A DNA stretch of 63,922 nucleotides, the filler included, from Raillietiella orientalis (Eukaryota), in assembly GCA_036172245.1 (NCBI GenBank). It is 8 parts of 8 records of this genome, joined end to end, with 100 filler letters (N's around TTAATTAATTAA, not from the genome) between each part and the next. Parts side by side here need not be neighbours in the genome. Positions count along the whole stretch, not along the records: positions 9,222 to 18,331 come from JAYWIR010000285.1; positions 18,432 to 27,495 come from JAYWIR010000286.1; 6 more parts are not named here. The stretch is one strand, 5' to 3'. The position numbers and the translations under genes were made by a program. How positions within the stretch are numbered: position 1 is the stretch's first letter; each line of letters opens with the position of its first letter. The notes below the pieces were generated by a model. It made no database searches and was not told the DNA's origin. It was given only the letters and a program-made list of their open reading frames with translations. Shown here one piece after another: positions 11,412-23,103 of this stretch.

Positions 11412-12816
11412 TTTGAATTATATAGTGGTATTGGCTAGGATGATAGCCGTGAATGTAAGTTTGTGATTTATTTGTTGAGGTAGGGTGATGATGATGGAAT
11501 GATCATTGATAAGGTTAGGGGGAATGGAATGAGGTTTGTTGTTTATTTTGGATGATAAATGTTTATTGTTTATGAGGTATGTAATGGTTATTTCTTTTTT
11601 AGTGATGGTGTATAGATGGGAGTATATTGAGTGGAAGAAGAAGTGGTTTTTTGTGTTAGTGTTTTGGTTTGTGGTGAGGATGTTATTGTTAATTATGAGT
11701 GGTAGTTTAGTAACTGTTATTTTGGGTTGAGATGGACTGGGTATTATTTCGTATTGTCTAGTTATTTTTTATATAAATTGTAATTCTAATTATGGGGGTA
11801 TAATTACTTTTTGAGTAATCGTGTAGGAGATAGAATTTTATTGATAGGTATTGGGTGGTTGTTGATAAGGGGCACTTGGAGGTTTAGCAGGTTAGATACG
11901 GGTGGTTGATGTTTTTGAATTGTGGTGTTAATGAGAATGACTAAAAGTGCTCAGCTACCTTTTAGTGCGTGATTACCAGAGGCTATGGCTGCGCCAACGC
12001 CAGTGTCGGCTTTAGTTCATTCATCGACGTTAGTAACTGCGGGGGTGTATTTGATGATTCGATTTAATGAAATTGGGATGGTGAGCAATGTAGTGATTTA
12101 TGGGGGTCTTTTAACGAGGGTATATTCGGGATTAATGGGAAGATTAGAGGTTGATGTAAAGAAGATTATTGCATATTCAACGTTAAGGCAGTTAGGTATG
12201 ATGTTTATGGGGTTGGGGTTAGGTATAGGAGTGTTAGTATATTATCATTTACAAGTACAGTTAATGTGGCTTTGAGTGTTATCTATAATGTAAGGATTAT
12301 GGGATTAGTGGGGTTTCCTTTTTTGAGGGGTTATTATAGGAAAGATTATTTAGTGGAATGGATATGATACTCTATGTGGGGGGGTGTGGCGGAAGTTTTT
12401 ATTTTTGTTGGGTTGGTATTAACGGTGGTTTATGGATATCGAATATTAGGTAGAGTAGTGGGTGGTGCTGGTAATGTAGAGAGAAATGTTAGTATAAAAG
12501 AATAATTGTTGGTTTATTATTTGTGGGTATTGCAAGTTTGTTTGTAAGCTGGGGGGATGTGGTAGTGGTAGTTATGGGTTTGAAGTTGATAAGGGGGTTG
12601 ATGTTGAGAAATTGATTAATGTATGTTGGCATGGTGGTGGAGATAGTTGATAAGGGGTGAATGGAGTGAGGGGGTGTGTGGTATGTGGGGGTAATTGATA
12701 CTGTAGGTAAGAAGAGTATTGTGTATAATGTTATGGAAGGTAAATATTTTATTGGTTATTTTATTATGTGTTGTTTAATGTGAATGATTCTTGTGAATGA
12801 TTTTTTATGGAGTTAA
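11412..12816 (+). CDS. nad5: NADH dehydrogenase subunit 5 (frameshifts and an internal deletion)
   Basis: [52 protein letters not shown] and GFPFLSGYYSKD. Breaks near 11810 and 12255-12290. The start is approximate. Confidence 0.92.
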
Positions 12817-12981
12817 GATTAAATGGTTGGAGTTAGATTGGGTTATAATTGGTGTTGGTATTTTATGGGGTTGTATTGTTATAATGGAGGGGGCAACGGG
12901 GTTTAATTTGTCTCGGAATCCAAAACGGAATAAGATTTTTAATTTTATGTTGAGTCATATCTCCGGGAGTGTGCTAGTAAG

Positions 12982-13030
12982 AGACGAACTTAAGGTTAGG
13001 TCGAAACTAACTGTGTTATCACTTTTGTCT
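12982..13030 (-). tRNA. trnR: tRNA-Arg(UCG), T-armless
   Basis: Anticodon arm GTTAG-TTTCGAC-CTAAC; AGAC/GTCT acceptor ends. Confidence 0.8.
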
Positions 13031-13365
13031 AAGAATATTCATGAAATGGAACCAGTGTAAAGTTCATATTTTAATCTTAAGATTAAGAAGAGAATTAGTG
13101 ATGTTAATGCAATTGCTGAAGAGAGTGTGAGGGATAATGGTAGGAGTGGGAGGGGAAGAATGATGGCTAGTTCAATATCGAAAATTAAGAAAATGATTGT
13201 AATTAAAAAAAATTGGATGGAGAATGGGAAGCGTGCATTGTTTTTTGGATCGAATCCACATTCAAAGGGAGTTGAAGTATTGTAATTGAATTGAGGTGTA
13301 ATTTTAATGATTATTGCAAGAGAGGTAATGATGATGATAATAAGTAGAGATGGTAAAAATAATAT
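13031..13365 (-). CDS. nad3: NADH dehydrogenase subunit 3
   Basis: TPFECGFDP...FPFSIQFF...FLIFDIELA motifs. Confidence 0.93.
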
Positions 13366-13377
13366 TTCTTGGTAGAA

Positions 13378-13430
13378 GAGACAAAATGGTAGGCCACTGT
13401 TAAGGGATTAGAAGTCCCTGATGTTGTCTC
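13378..13430 (-). tRNA. trnS1: tRNA-Ser(UCU), D-armless
   Basis: GAGACAA/TTGTCTC acceptor stem; AGGGA-CTTCTAA-TCCCT anticodon arm. Confidence 0.85.
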
Positions 13431-13453
13431 ATTGTAAGATGTATAGATTGGAG

Positions 13454-13509
13454 TAAAATTAGAAATTTTTGTTTGCAAAACAAATGTTATTATTTTAACT
13501 ATAATTTTA
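13454..13509 (-). tRNA. trnA: tRNA-Ala(UGC), T-armless
   Basis: TTTGT-TTTGCAA-ACAAA anticodon arm; TAAAATT/AATTTTA acceptor. Confidence 0.82.
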
Positions 13510-13510
13510 G

Positions 13511-13565
13511 GTCTTTTTAGCTTATATAGAGCGAAGCGTTGAAAGTGCTTAGGAAATAGTGGACA
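13511..13565 (+). tRNA. trnF: tRNA-Phe(GAA), T-armless
   Basis: AAGCG-TTGAAAG-TGCTT anticodon arm; GCTT/GAGC D stem. Confidence 0.8.
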
Positions 13566-13580
13566 ATTGGTAGGAAATTT

Positions 13581-13629
13581 GAGTTGGGGGACTGATTATC
13601 ATTAACAGTGATATGCTTAAGCTTAACTC
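13581..13629 (-). tRNA. trnN: tRNA-Asn(GUU), truncated
   Basis: TATCA-CTGTTAA-TGATA anticodon arm; GAGTT/AACTC acceptor. Confidence 0.8.
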
Positions 13630-13630
13630 A

Positions 13631-13686
13631 AATTCTTAAAATTTTTATCTTGAAGGGATAATGTGTTGTTTTACACTAGAAGAATT
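13631..13686 (-). tRNA. trnE: tRNA-Glu(UUC), T-armless
   Basis: TTATC-CCTTCAA-GATAA anticodon arm; AATTCTT/AAGAATT acceptor. Confidence 0.8.
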
Positions 13687-13740
13687 ACTCTTTATTACTT
13701 AATAATTGGAAGTTATTTGTACTGTATATACTAAAAGAGT
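13687..13740 (-). tRNA. trnG: tRNA-Gly(UCC), T-armless
   Basis: AATAA-CTTCCAA-TTATT anticodon arm; ACTCTTT/AAAGAGT acceptor; directly after cox3. Confidence 0.85.
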
Positions 13741-13741
13741 A

Positions 13742-14524
13742 TACTCATAGGTATATGAATAAGAATAGAAATAGTCATACAATATCTACGAAATGTCAAT
13801 ATCAAAGAGGGAGCTCAAATGATAGGTGGTGGATGTTAGTAATGGAGAGTGAAAAGATTTGGGTTATAGATAGAATAAGGCAAATGAGGCCGGCAAGTAC
13901 ATGTAAACCGTGGAATCCTGTTGCAATGAAGAATGTTGAGCCAAAGATTGAGTCTGCAATAGAGAAATTTAGTATAAAATATTCTATGGCTTGAGTCATA
14001 AGGAATATTGATCCTATTGTAATGGTAATGAGTAGAGAGAGGAGTGAGATGGAGTAATTTTTTTTTAGGAGGGAGTGATGTGTTCATGTTACTGAAATGC
14101 CTGATCTTAGTAAAAGGATAGTATTAAATAAGGGTACTTCTATGGCTGCGGGTATGGTGAGATTAACTGGTGGTCAAGAAAGTCTAAATTGTGGGTTGAC
14201 TCTTAGTCTAGAGTGAAAGAATGATCAAAAGAAGGAGACGAATAAGAAGATTTCTGAGATAATAAATATGATTATTGCAAATTTAAATGTTTTTATTATT
14301 CTTATCGGAAGAATACCAATAAATGAGGATTCTCGTTTCATGTCTTTCCCCCAGAGGAACATGTTTAAAATTGTGGTTATAATGCATAGGATGATGGGTG
14401 AGTATATTTTGTGTATGAGGCATGTTAGGGAGAGGGTTATTGATGGGAGTGATATAGAGATGAGAATAGGTCAAGGTCTGTATTGGTGGATGAAGAAGGG
14501 TTGGTGGTTTGTTATTGTGGTTAT
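13742..14524 (-). CDS. cox3: Cytochrome c oxidase subunit 3
   Basis: SPWP, FIISEIFLFVSFFWSFFHS, FFIATGFHGLHV and WYWHFVDIVW motifs. Confidence 0.95.
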
Positions 14525-15155
14525 TTTTTTGTGTATAGTGATGTTAGTGTGGTGAAAATATAAGCTTGAATAAAGGCTATGGTGATTTCTAGTATTATAA
14601 TGGGAATGGATGGAATGAGATTTGTGAGTTTGTCGGAGAGTATAACGATAAGGATGTGTCCGGTAGTGATGTTAGCTGTTAATCGTAGTGATAGGGATAT
14701 GGGTTGTATTATTAGTCTGATGATTTCTAGTAAGGGGATAAATGGAGAAAGTGAAGGAGGGGTTCCTTGGGGAGTGAGATGGGCTAGGAAGTTTGAGTAA
14801 TTTTTTATGATGGCGAATATTTGTCTAGATGTTCATAGTGGGATGGCGAGGGATATTGATAGGAATAGATGGGCTGATGAGGGGAATGTATAGGGGGTAA
14901 GTCTTGATAAGTTTAGGAGGGCAATGGTAGTTAGTAAGGCAATAAATATTTTAATTGATGTGGTGGTTTGACGGTGTAGGTTGTTGTTGATGGTTTTTGT
15001 TAATATTTTTATTGGCTCGGCAATGGATAGTTTGGATATTGTCGGTATTAACCATATAGGATAGGAAATGATTAGTAAGATACCGATGGAAGTAGGAATG
15101 AAATATGGTGGGGTTATAGTATAGGGGTCTAGGGGGTGAAGATGGAGTTTATCAT
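14521..15155 (-). CDS. atp6: ATP synthase subunit 6 (1-nt homopolymer frameshift near the start)
   Basis: LTPYTFPSSAHL, AHLTPQGTP and LSLRLTANITTGHI; ATGATAA overlap with atp8. Confidence 0.93.
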
Positions 15156-15295
15156 AGTCATTTGGTATTTCTTTTGTGTTGTATATGGGATAGGGATGGT
15201 CTAATGTAGATAGGGATGAGTAGGGTTATGCTTATGGTTAGGGTAGTAAAGAGGATGTATAGGGGTAGTCAGAATATTGGTGTTAAATGAGGTAT
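15149..15295 (-). CDS. atp8: ATP synthase subunit 8
   Basis: Starts MPHLTPMFW, ends KWLW, and sits between trnD and atp6. Confidence 0.85.
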
Positions 15296-15307
15296 TGAAT
15301 AAATTCT

Positions 15308-15366
15308 AGAATTTATTTTACTAATTACAACTTGACAAGTTATTGTTATTTTTTAACTAAAATTCT
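15308..15366 (-). tRNA. trnD: tRNA-Asp(GUC)
   Basis: TAA-CTTGTCAAG-TTG anticodon region; AGAATTT/AAATTCT acceptor. Confidence 0.82.
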
Positions 15367-16022
15367 AATTTTTGATTATGTGGATAAAATCTTTTGCTCT
15401 TACTGAGTTAAGTTGGATGGGTATGAATCTGTGATTGATGCCGCAAATTTCGGAGCATTGGCCGAATAATACGCCGGGTTTGTCTAGGAAGATGGCTTGT
15501 TGGTTAAGTCGTCCGGGAATGGCATCGATTTTGATTCCTAGGGATGGGATAGTTCATGAATGAAGAACGTCTGATGACGTGATGATTATGCGAATTATTG
15601 TATTATAAGGTAAGATTAGGTGGTTGTCTGTAGCTAGTAGTCGTAGAAGGTTTCTGTTTGGTGTTATGAAGGAGTCGAATTTGGTTTTTTTGAAAGTTGA
15701 ATATTCGTATGTTCAGAATCATTGATTGGCGATTGATTTAATAGTTAGGGAGGGTAGGTAGCTGGTATCTAGGAGATAGAGGATGTGTAAGGAGGGGAGT
15801 ATGATTAGTAGGAGGATGAGTGAGGGTAGGGAGGTTCAGATGAGTTCTATGAAGTGGTTTTTGAGTAATATGAAATTGGTGTAGGAATTGTGAAGGTAGA
15901 TGAAAGTGTTGTACAGGATTATTAAACAGATGATGGTTAGAGTAATTATGATGTAATCGTGTAGTAGGATGAGGTGTTCTATGAGAGGGGAGTATGCGTT
16001 TTGAAATATGAGTGATGTTATT
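15365..16022 (-). CDS. cox2: Cytochrome c oxidase subunit 2
   Basis: [34 protein letters not shown] and [14 protein letters not shown] (CuA ligands intact). Confidence 0.96.
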
Positions 16023-16075
16023 GCTAAATATTATTGATGGATTTTAAGTCCAGTGCATTGAATTGCTATGTTAGT
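16023..16075 (-). tRNA. trnL2: tRNA-Leu(UAA), duplicate copy next to cox2
   Basis: About 36 nt are identical to the 16537-16590 copy, including TGGA-CTTAAAA-TCCA; the 5' half differs. Confidence 0.75.
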
Positions 16076-16122
16076 ATGTTTAGTTATGATGGGTGGATTA
16101 ATGGGTAATTATGAGTGTGGGG

Positions 16123-16527
16123 TTAGAGGATGTGACATGTTGAACTTTGATTTATTATGTAATTTGTGTTGTGGAAATAATTGGTAGATGAGTTGGTTAG
16201 ATTAATTGTTTGTTTAATGATGGGTTGTGGTGTGAGACGGGATATACGATGGGGTTGTTTTATGGCTCATTGTGTGTATGAAGGATATTTATTAATGGTT
16301 GTAGGGTTTTTGACGAGTATGTTGGATTTGGATTTGAAGATTTTGCGAATTGTATGTTTTCATGATTGTAGTCATTGCTTGATGGTTAATTTGATAATTA
16401 GGTGGGGTATGTAGTTGTTATTCAATAGGAAAATGATAGATAGAGATGGGAATGTATATATTAGGGGTGTAAGTAATGGGAGTGCATTCCAAAAGTTTTT
16501 GAGGGTGGAGATTAGTTTTTTTAGTAT
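16123..16527 (-). CDS. 134-aa mitochondrial ORF derived from a cox2 duplicate (function unknown)
   Basis: Open from ATA to TAA in mitochondrial code, with three TGA=Trp codons. WNALP...FPSLSIIFLLNNNYMPHLIIKLTIKQW aligns without gaps to this contig's cox2 WTSLP...[27 protein letters not shown]. Confidence 0.7.
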
Positions 16528-16536
16528 ATTTTTATT

Positions 16537-16585
16537 ACTAAATATTATTGATGGATTTTAAGTCCAGTGCATTAATTCTGCCATA

Positions 16586-16590
<5 letters not shown>
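16537..16590 (-). tRNA. trnL2: tRNA-Leu(UAA), T-armless, directly after cox1
   Basis: TCTAATATGGCAGAAT 5' end typical of arthropod trnL2; TAA anticodon. Confidence 0.88.
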
Positions 16591-18128
<1,538 letters not shown>

Positions 18129-18182
18129 AAGATTTTATATTTTTAACTTTGAAGGTTAATAGTTTATTTAACTTATAATCTT
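18129..18182 (-). tRNA. trnW: tRNA-Trp(UCA), T-armless
   Basis: TTAAC-CTTCAAA-GTTAA anticodon arm; AAGATT/AATCTT acceptor. Confidence 0.85.
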
Positions 18183-18187
18183 AGGGT

Positions 18188-18247
18188 GGTAAAATGGCTG
18201 AGAAGAGCGGTAAATTGTAAATTTATTAATGATGGAATCTTTTATCA
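18188..18247 (+). tRNA. trnY: tRNA-Tyr(GUA)
   Basis: GGTAAAATGGCTGA 5' end; GTAAA-TTGTAAA-TTTAT anticodon arm. Confidence 0.85.
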
Positions 18248-18263
18248 TTAATTTAATATAAAT

Positions 18264-18308
18264 ATTCTTGAGTTTATAGAATTGCAAGTTCTATGTTATA
18301 TAAGAATT
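18264..18308 (+). tRNA. trnC: tRNA-Cys(GCA), apparently armless (~45 nt)
   Basis: ATTCTTG/TAAGAAT acceptor and TAGAA-TTGCAAG-TTCTA anticodon arm, joined by only 6- and 7-nt connectors. Confidence 0.72.
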
Positions 18309-18431
18309 GATTGAGTGGCGGTACAAGGTAGNNNNNNNNNNNNNNNNNNNNNNNNNNNNNNNNNNNNNNNNNNNNTTAATTAATTAANNNNNNNNNNNNN
18401 NNNNNNNNNNNNNNNNNNNNNNNNNNNNNNN

Positions 18432-18821
18432 TCCTTGTATGATCACCGTGAGTTTGGGAAGCTTGTCCTTGGGAGGACAGTGCATCTGTGGAGAACGCAT
18501 GAATCCAAAGTCTGCGCGGGAGATCACTTACCCATCGCATGTTGGAATTTTGATCGGCACTTTCGAGTCCCAGATGCTTGCGGAAGATCGAGTAACCCAT
18601 CCGGGAGATACCGATTCCTACATAGGAAAAATCAAAAACTCCCAAGCATCCTTCTTCGCAGATCTCCGTCGATCCGAGTGTCGCTCTAGGAAACGAAATC
18701 CGGAGTTGTCGCAAGGGATGTTCAGTGTGCTCTCTCGCTGCATCCTACCCCTGCACTGGCAGTGCCCAGAAAGATTGTCTGACCGTGACGCTGAAGACTT
18801 TGGGTTCGGATTGAAACTGCG
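18432..18821 (+). repeat. Left arm of ~390-bp inverted repeat at the contig end
   Basis: Reverse complement of 27105-27494; the ORF track gives identical peptides on opposite strands. Confidence 0.95.
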
Positions 18822-21800
18822 GACCCTTTATGACAGAACCCCGTCATATTTGTGAGCGAGCTGGTGTATCTGATGGAAATTCTCATGCCTATGCATCAGT
18901 TTTTCTTCCCTTCCGTCTTCGCAAGCTCACAGATTCCGCGTGAGCGTCTCTTTGCTCTGTTGCTGGTGCAGAGCAGACACACACCTTCCTGCTACTGTGA
19001 ATGACCACGAACTCCCGGACAGCGTCAGGCACTTGAGTGCACAATTTTCAAAGAATCCTCGGAATATCGGCAGTGCTTTGTGGCTTCCGAGGGTTCCACG
19101 AGCAGGTCTGTGGCTAGGATGTAGACGAAACATGAAGAACTGGAAAAGCAGTTTGGAAGGGGTAGATGGAGCAATCTACTCTGTCGCGGGAGAAGGATCC
19201 TGAAAAGCGCTGCTTATTTCTTATAGTGTATTTTCGGCCCCTGACTACATCTCCGGAAACAGGAGGAAGAGGGAAAGAGAAGGAGGGCGTCATACAGAGC
19301 GAACGTTCACCACATCGTGTGAACAGTCGAAGGCTGCATTTTGCTTTGCGATGCGGAAGCACTGCGTTCCCCGGGAGGTTTCGAAGGACACGTTTGCCAA
19401 TCCTCCCCGTCCCTCGCGAAGACTAGCGCACAGCGAACACCGTATTAGAATTAACTGGGGAGAGGGGAAAACGTAGAAGTTGAGTCGCGCTAATGGCGGC
19501 AACGGAAAAGGAAAACAAAAAATGAAAAAAAAAGAATAGACGAAGACGGTTCCTCGCAACTCAAGCATGTGACTACTCAAAGTTTGATCTGAAAAACCAG
19601 CTGTCTGTGGCAGCTGGATCAGAGTTCTTACAATGCTTGCAGCACGGAGATGATGCATTGTGGTACCAGGCAAATTCACCAAGTCTCGTTTCGAAAGATG
19701 CTCCATCTTTTCTTCAAACTTTTCCAATATCAAAAATACCCCCTTTTGTTCACAATGTTGAAATCATAAGAACGGGCTGGAGTTTGGCGTCGAGTGATAG
19801 ATTTGGAAGAGGTCACACTTGGTAGCAAGTTTGCAAGAGCATCTTAACTCTCTCTTACATACCCCTCCCTCTCAAAAAAAATAAAATAAAATGAAAACAA
19901 AAAAAATGGGTTCTTCTGTCAGCGCTTGTTTCCTACGATCCATCACTGCACAATCTTTGTAGAGTTTCCATATCTATCAGATGCAATTACTGTTGCCCCA
20001 CGAATGGGATACAGGACATCGCCCTAGTGAACACTCCGAATTCCAATACTCAAAAGTATGCGGAGTAAGCATGGGAATTTTACGTCGACAAGGAGATGCT
20101 CACTGCAACAAAAAAGGAACCATCTTCCATATAAAGCAAGGACACTAGCTGAAGATGAAGTAACGCGGCTTCCTGTCACTCTTCCCAGCTCTCTTCTAGG
20201 AAGAGAAAATCCAGTTCTTTGTCGAGGTTGCCGCTGCACATCTTGTTGCATGAAATTACTTTTTCTCCAAGAACAGAGAACAAAAAGCCTCAGCACCAAG
20301 CGCTCTTACGAAAATATTCTTATTTAGTACATGTGCTAAGGTTTCCTGATACATCGGCGAGGCTCAAAACTGTCAAAAAGAGAATGCTGGAAAATATGCA
20401 CATCAGTGTTCTGTCTGGATCCTTCTCCATAACTTAAGACAAGCCGAGTGTTCCGAAGCAGAGACGATTCTTACCGGCAGTGTTTCTTACGGAACTGATA
20501 CGTAGCCTTCCGGTTTGGAAGCGGACCTTCGTCTACAAGTTTAGCTTTTTTTTCCTTTATTTCCTTTTCATTTTTTCTTCTTTTAATCACATCTTGTCGA
20601 TGTGCCATCTGTAAGCAATCGATCCAGGACTCCCACGCAAATGTTGTCCGGGTGTACTTGGTTTGTGTTTTATCGTAAGCCATTCTCTGCAGACCATTCA
20701 ACAGGTATCCGTATTATGCAGTACCAGCTGTTCTATTGTGCATAAGTGTGGTTGTGGTCTTGTGAATTACATTTCTTGAATAGCTACTACGATCCAACTT
20801 CCATCGAAAAGCCCTTTCTCACCGGGTTGGGTGAAACGCGACCGCAGTTGATCGAACATACCATTGAAGTCTTGTCGATGAAGAGCAATCGGCGATCGGT
20901 TGATTCATCTAAAGAGCATACTGAGGGAAAAGCTTCGACATGGGATGCGGACACCTGGTGAAGACAGTGTTACGCAACTGTCTTGTTCTTGTTGACAACT
21001 TTTGAGGAAAACTGACGATTTGGATAGCACATCCTTGGGACGCGGGAAATCCTCTTGTCACCTAACTTTACAGTGTGCTCAATTTGAACGTTTCTTCTAC
21101 TCACTGCGGATCCAGCTAGGAGGAAGAGGCACTTCGCAGTGTTTCGATCTTATTGCAGTGGTCACAGCTGTTACTTTTTGGAGTGCTGGCTGAAAGAAGG
21201 TATGAATTTTGGTCTCTTCTTCCCAATAAGGAACGTGATGGAATACGACTGGTGGAAGGCTCGTGGGCTATTTGAAACTTGGCGAAATAACAGGTTGCCA
21301 TCGTGAAAGCTGCATGCAACGTATAGTCGCTGTCTTTTGCGGAAGCGAAGCAAACAGTAGTGAAATGCCATCAGCATAATGCAGCAACACGGCAACCAGG
21401 ATAAAGACGTGTTGACGTAAAGCAGTATTACCAATGGCATCCCAAAGATCGGCCTGCAGGTGGATCCACGTGCTCCCGACACTAAGGATTGAACAGAAAC
21501 GTACGCACTTCTCATGAGCAGGTTTATCTGATACAGATGGGAGCCTACAAATCTGGATGTCTTCGACGACTTTTCCCACATGCCCAAACCAGGTTGTGTG
21601 CCTTCCTGATTCATGGAGCGTGGCATCCCTCAATGCAGGGACCACTGTTCGAAACAGCTTTGTTTGAAGTCACGGGATGGATATCTGGATGAAGATGACG
21701 TACAAAACCGCTGTCGAACTTACATGTGAGGCGAAGAAGATGGTACTTTGTCAGAAGGATGCGCCACAAGGGACGCATTTTCTGTTTCACAAACGAGGGG

Positions 21801-23103
21801 AAAAAGGTGGTGATTGCTGTAAATTGCCACGGTCAAGTCTGGTGGCCTCGATTTCGCTGCTATCAAGCAATGTACTCATGTCGCCTTTGCGTTGCTCATG
21901 TCCGTCCGGTGCCGGTAATTCAAGGGTGTTGCATTTCACTCAGTTCGCTCGCGTGGCTCTCCTAAAATGAAGCATTGCCCTCAAAGTCGCACATTGCTCG
22001 TGAAGTGCAAGGTAGCAGAGAATGGAATGAAAATTCCTAGACCAACAGAAAAGTGATATCGAATAATTTATTCATGGTTTTTTTCCTCTCTTTCTCTCTC
22101 TCTCTTTATTTTCAGCAACTTTTGGATTTTTCCACGAGGGCACAGCAGTGGAATAAGAATGAGATTGTTCATCTTCGCATTCCTACTATTACGGAGCTCG
22201 GTGTACGCAGAATTAAAGAGGTAAAGCAATGTATGCTTCTGTGCTCCACTGAAGCTGTGTTTGGGAGTTTGTGTCCTCTGCCTTGAAAACTTGCATGCAC
22301 AGTGCTCAGTGAGCGAGCGCAATTTTATGCTCTACTCAACAGCCTCGACCGATGCGGTCGCTATCGGAAAAAACGAAACTCGGCCGGCTTTGTCATTTCT
22401 GAAGCGGTTGCCAAGCTTTCTGGTCTTCTTTTGCAGAAGCTGCAGCCTTTCATCTTGCAGAATGCAGGCAAAGGGATCCCGAGATGTGATGTAGCCAGAA
22501 GGCATCGCTCTCGTTTTCACAGTGGTTAGCGTAGCAATGGAAAAGGAAACTCCTGAAACTCTGAGTCTTGCTGCAGTTCTCGTACAGGGAAATCCGAAGA
22601 AATCCATTCGGAAGAACCTGCTTTGAAAACTCTTCTTTCGAGTGAGCTGAGCAAGCAAATTCCTCAGGATGATGGAACTTTCTCACTGTTTTCTGACTTT
22701 TCCTGCACTACTTGATCGCTGTCAGCCAATGACAGAGACAGTGATTTCGGCATCAGTCTTTCTTTGTTCGAATCGACACTCATTTCTGTTCTCCGTAGAC
22801 TGCTTTGCCAATGAAGTTCAAACACCTCTGAGTATCAGGGAAATCGAAACTCACCGTTGTCTCCTGAAAATCTGTTTTGACGTTTCGAGGGCTCATCCGC
22901 TTACGCTGCTCTCTAAATGACTCACTGATGCTTCTAATCATCCTCTTCCTGGCATATGTTCCAAACAATGTTTCTTTATGGGGATTTTCCTGAGGGTTTC
23001 CAAGTGCATCGCAGCAGACAGTGGTGCTCTTATCTTCTGTGTACGCAATGGGTTGCCAAAGAAACGGGGTACGAACCTGTTAAACTTGTGCTATTCGAAA
23101 CAG

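Noticed and set aside
18439..18855. 135-138 aa ORF inside the inverted repeat as a transposase or viral protein
   Set aside because: No DDE, HUH or polymerase motif is recognisable, and the two copies diverge once the repeat ends.
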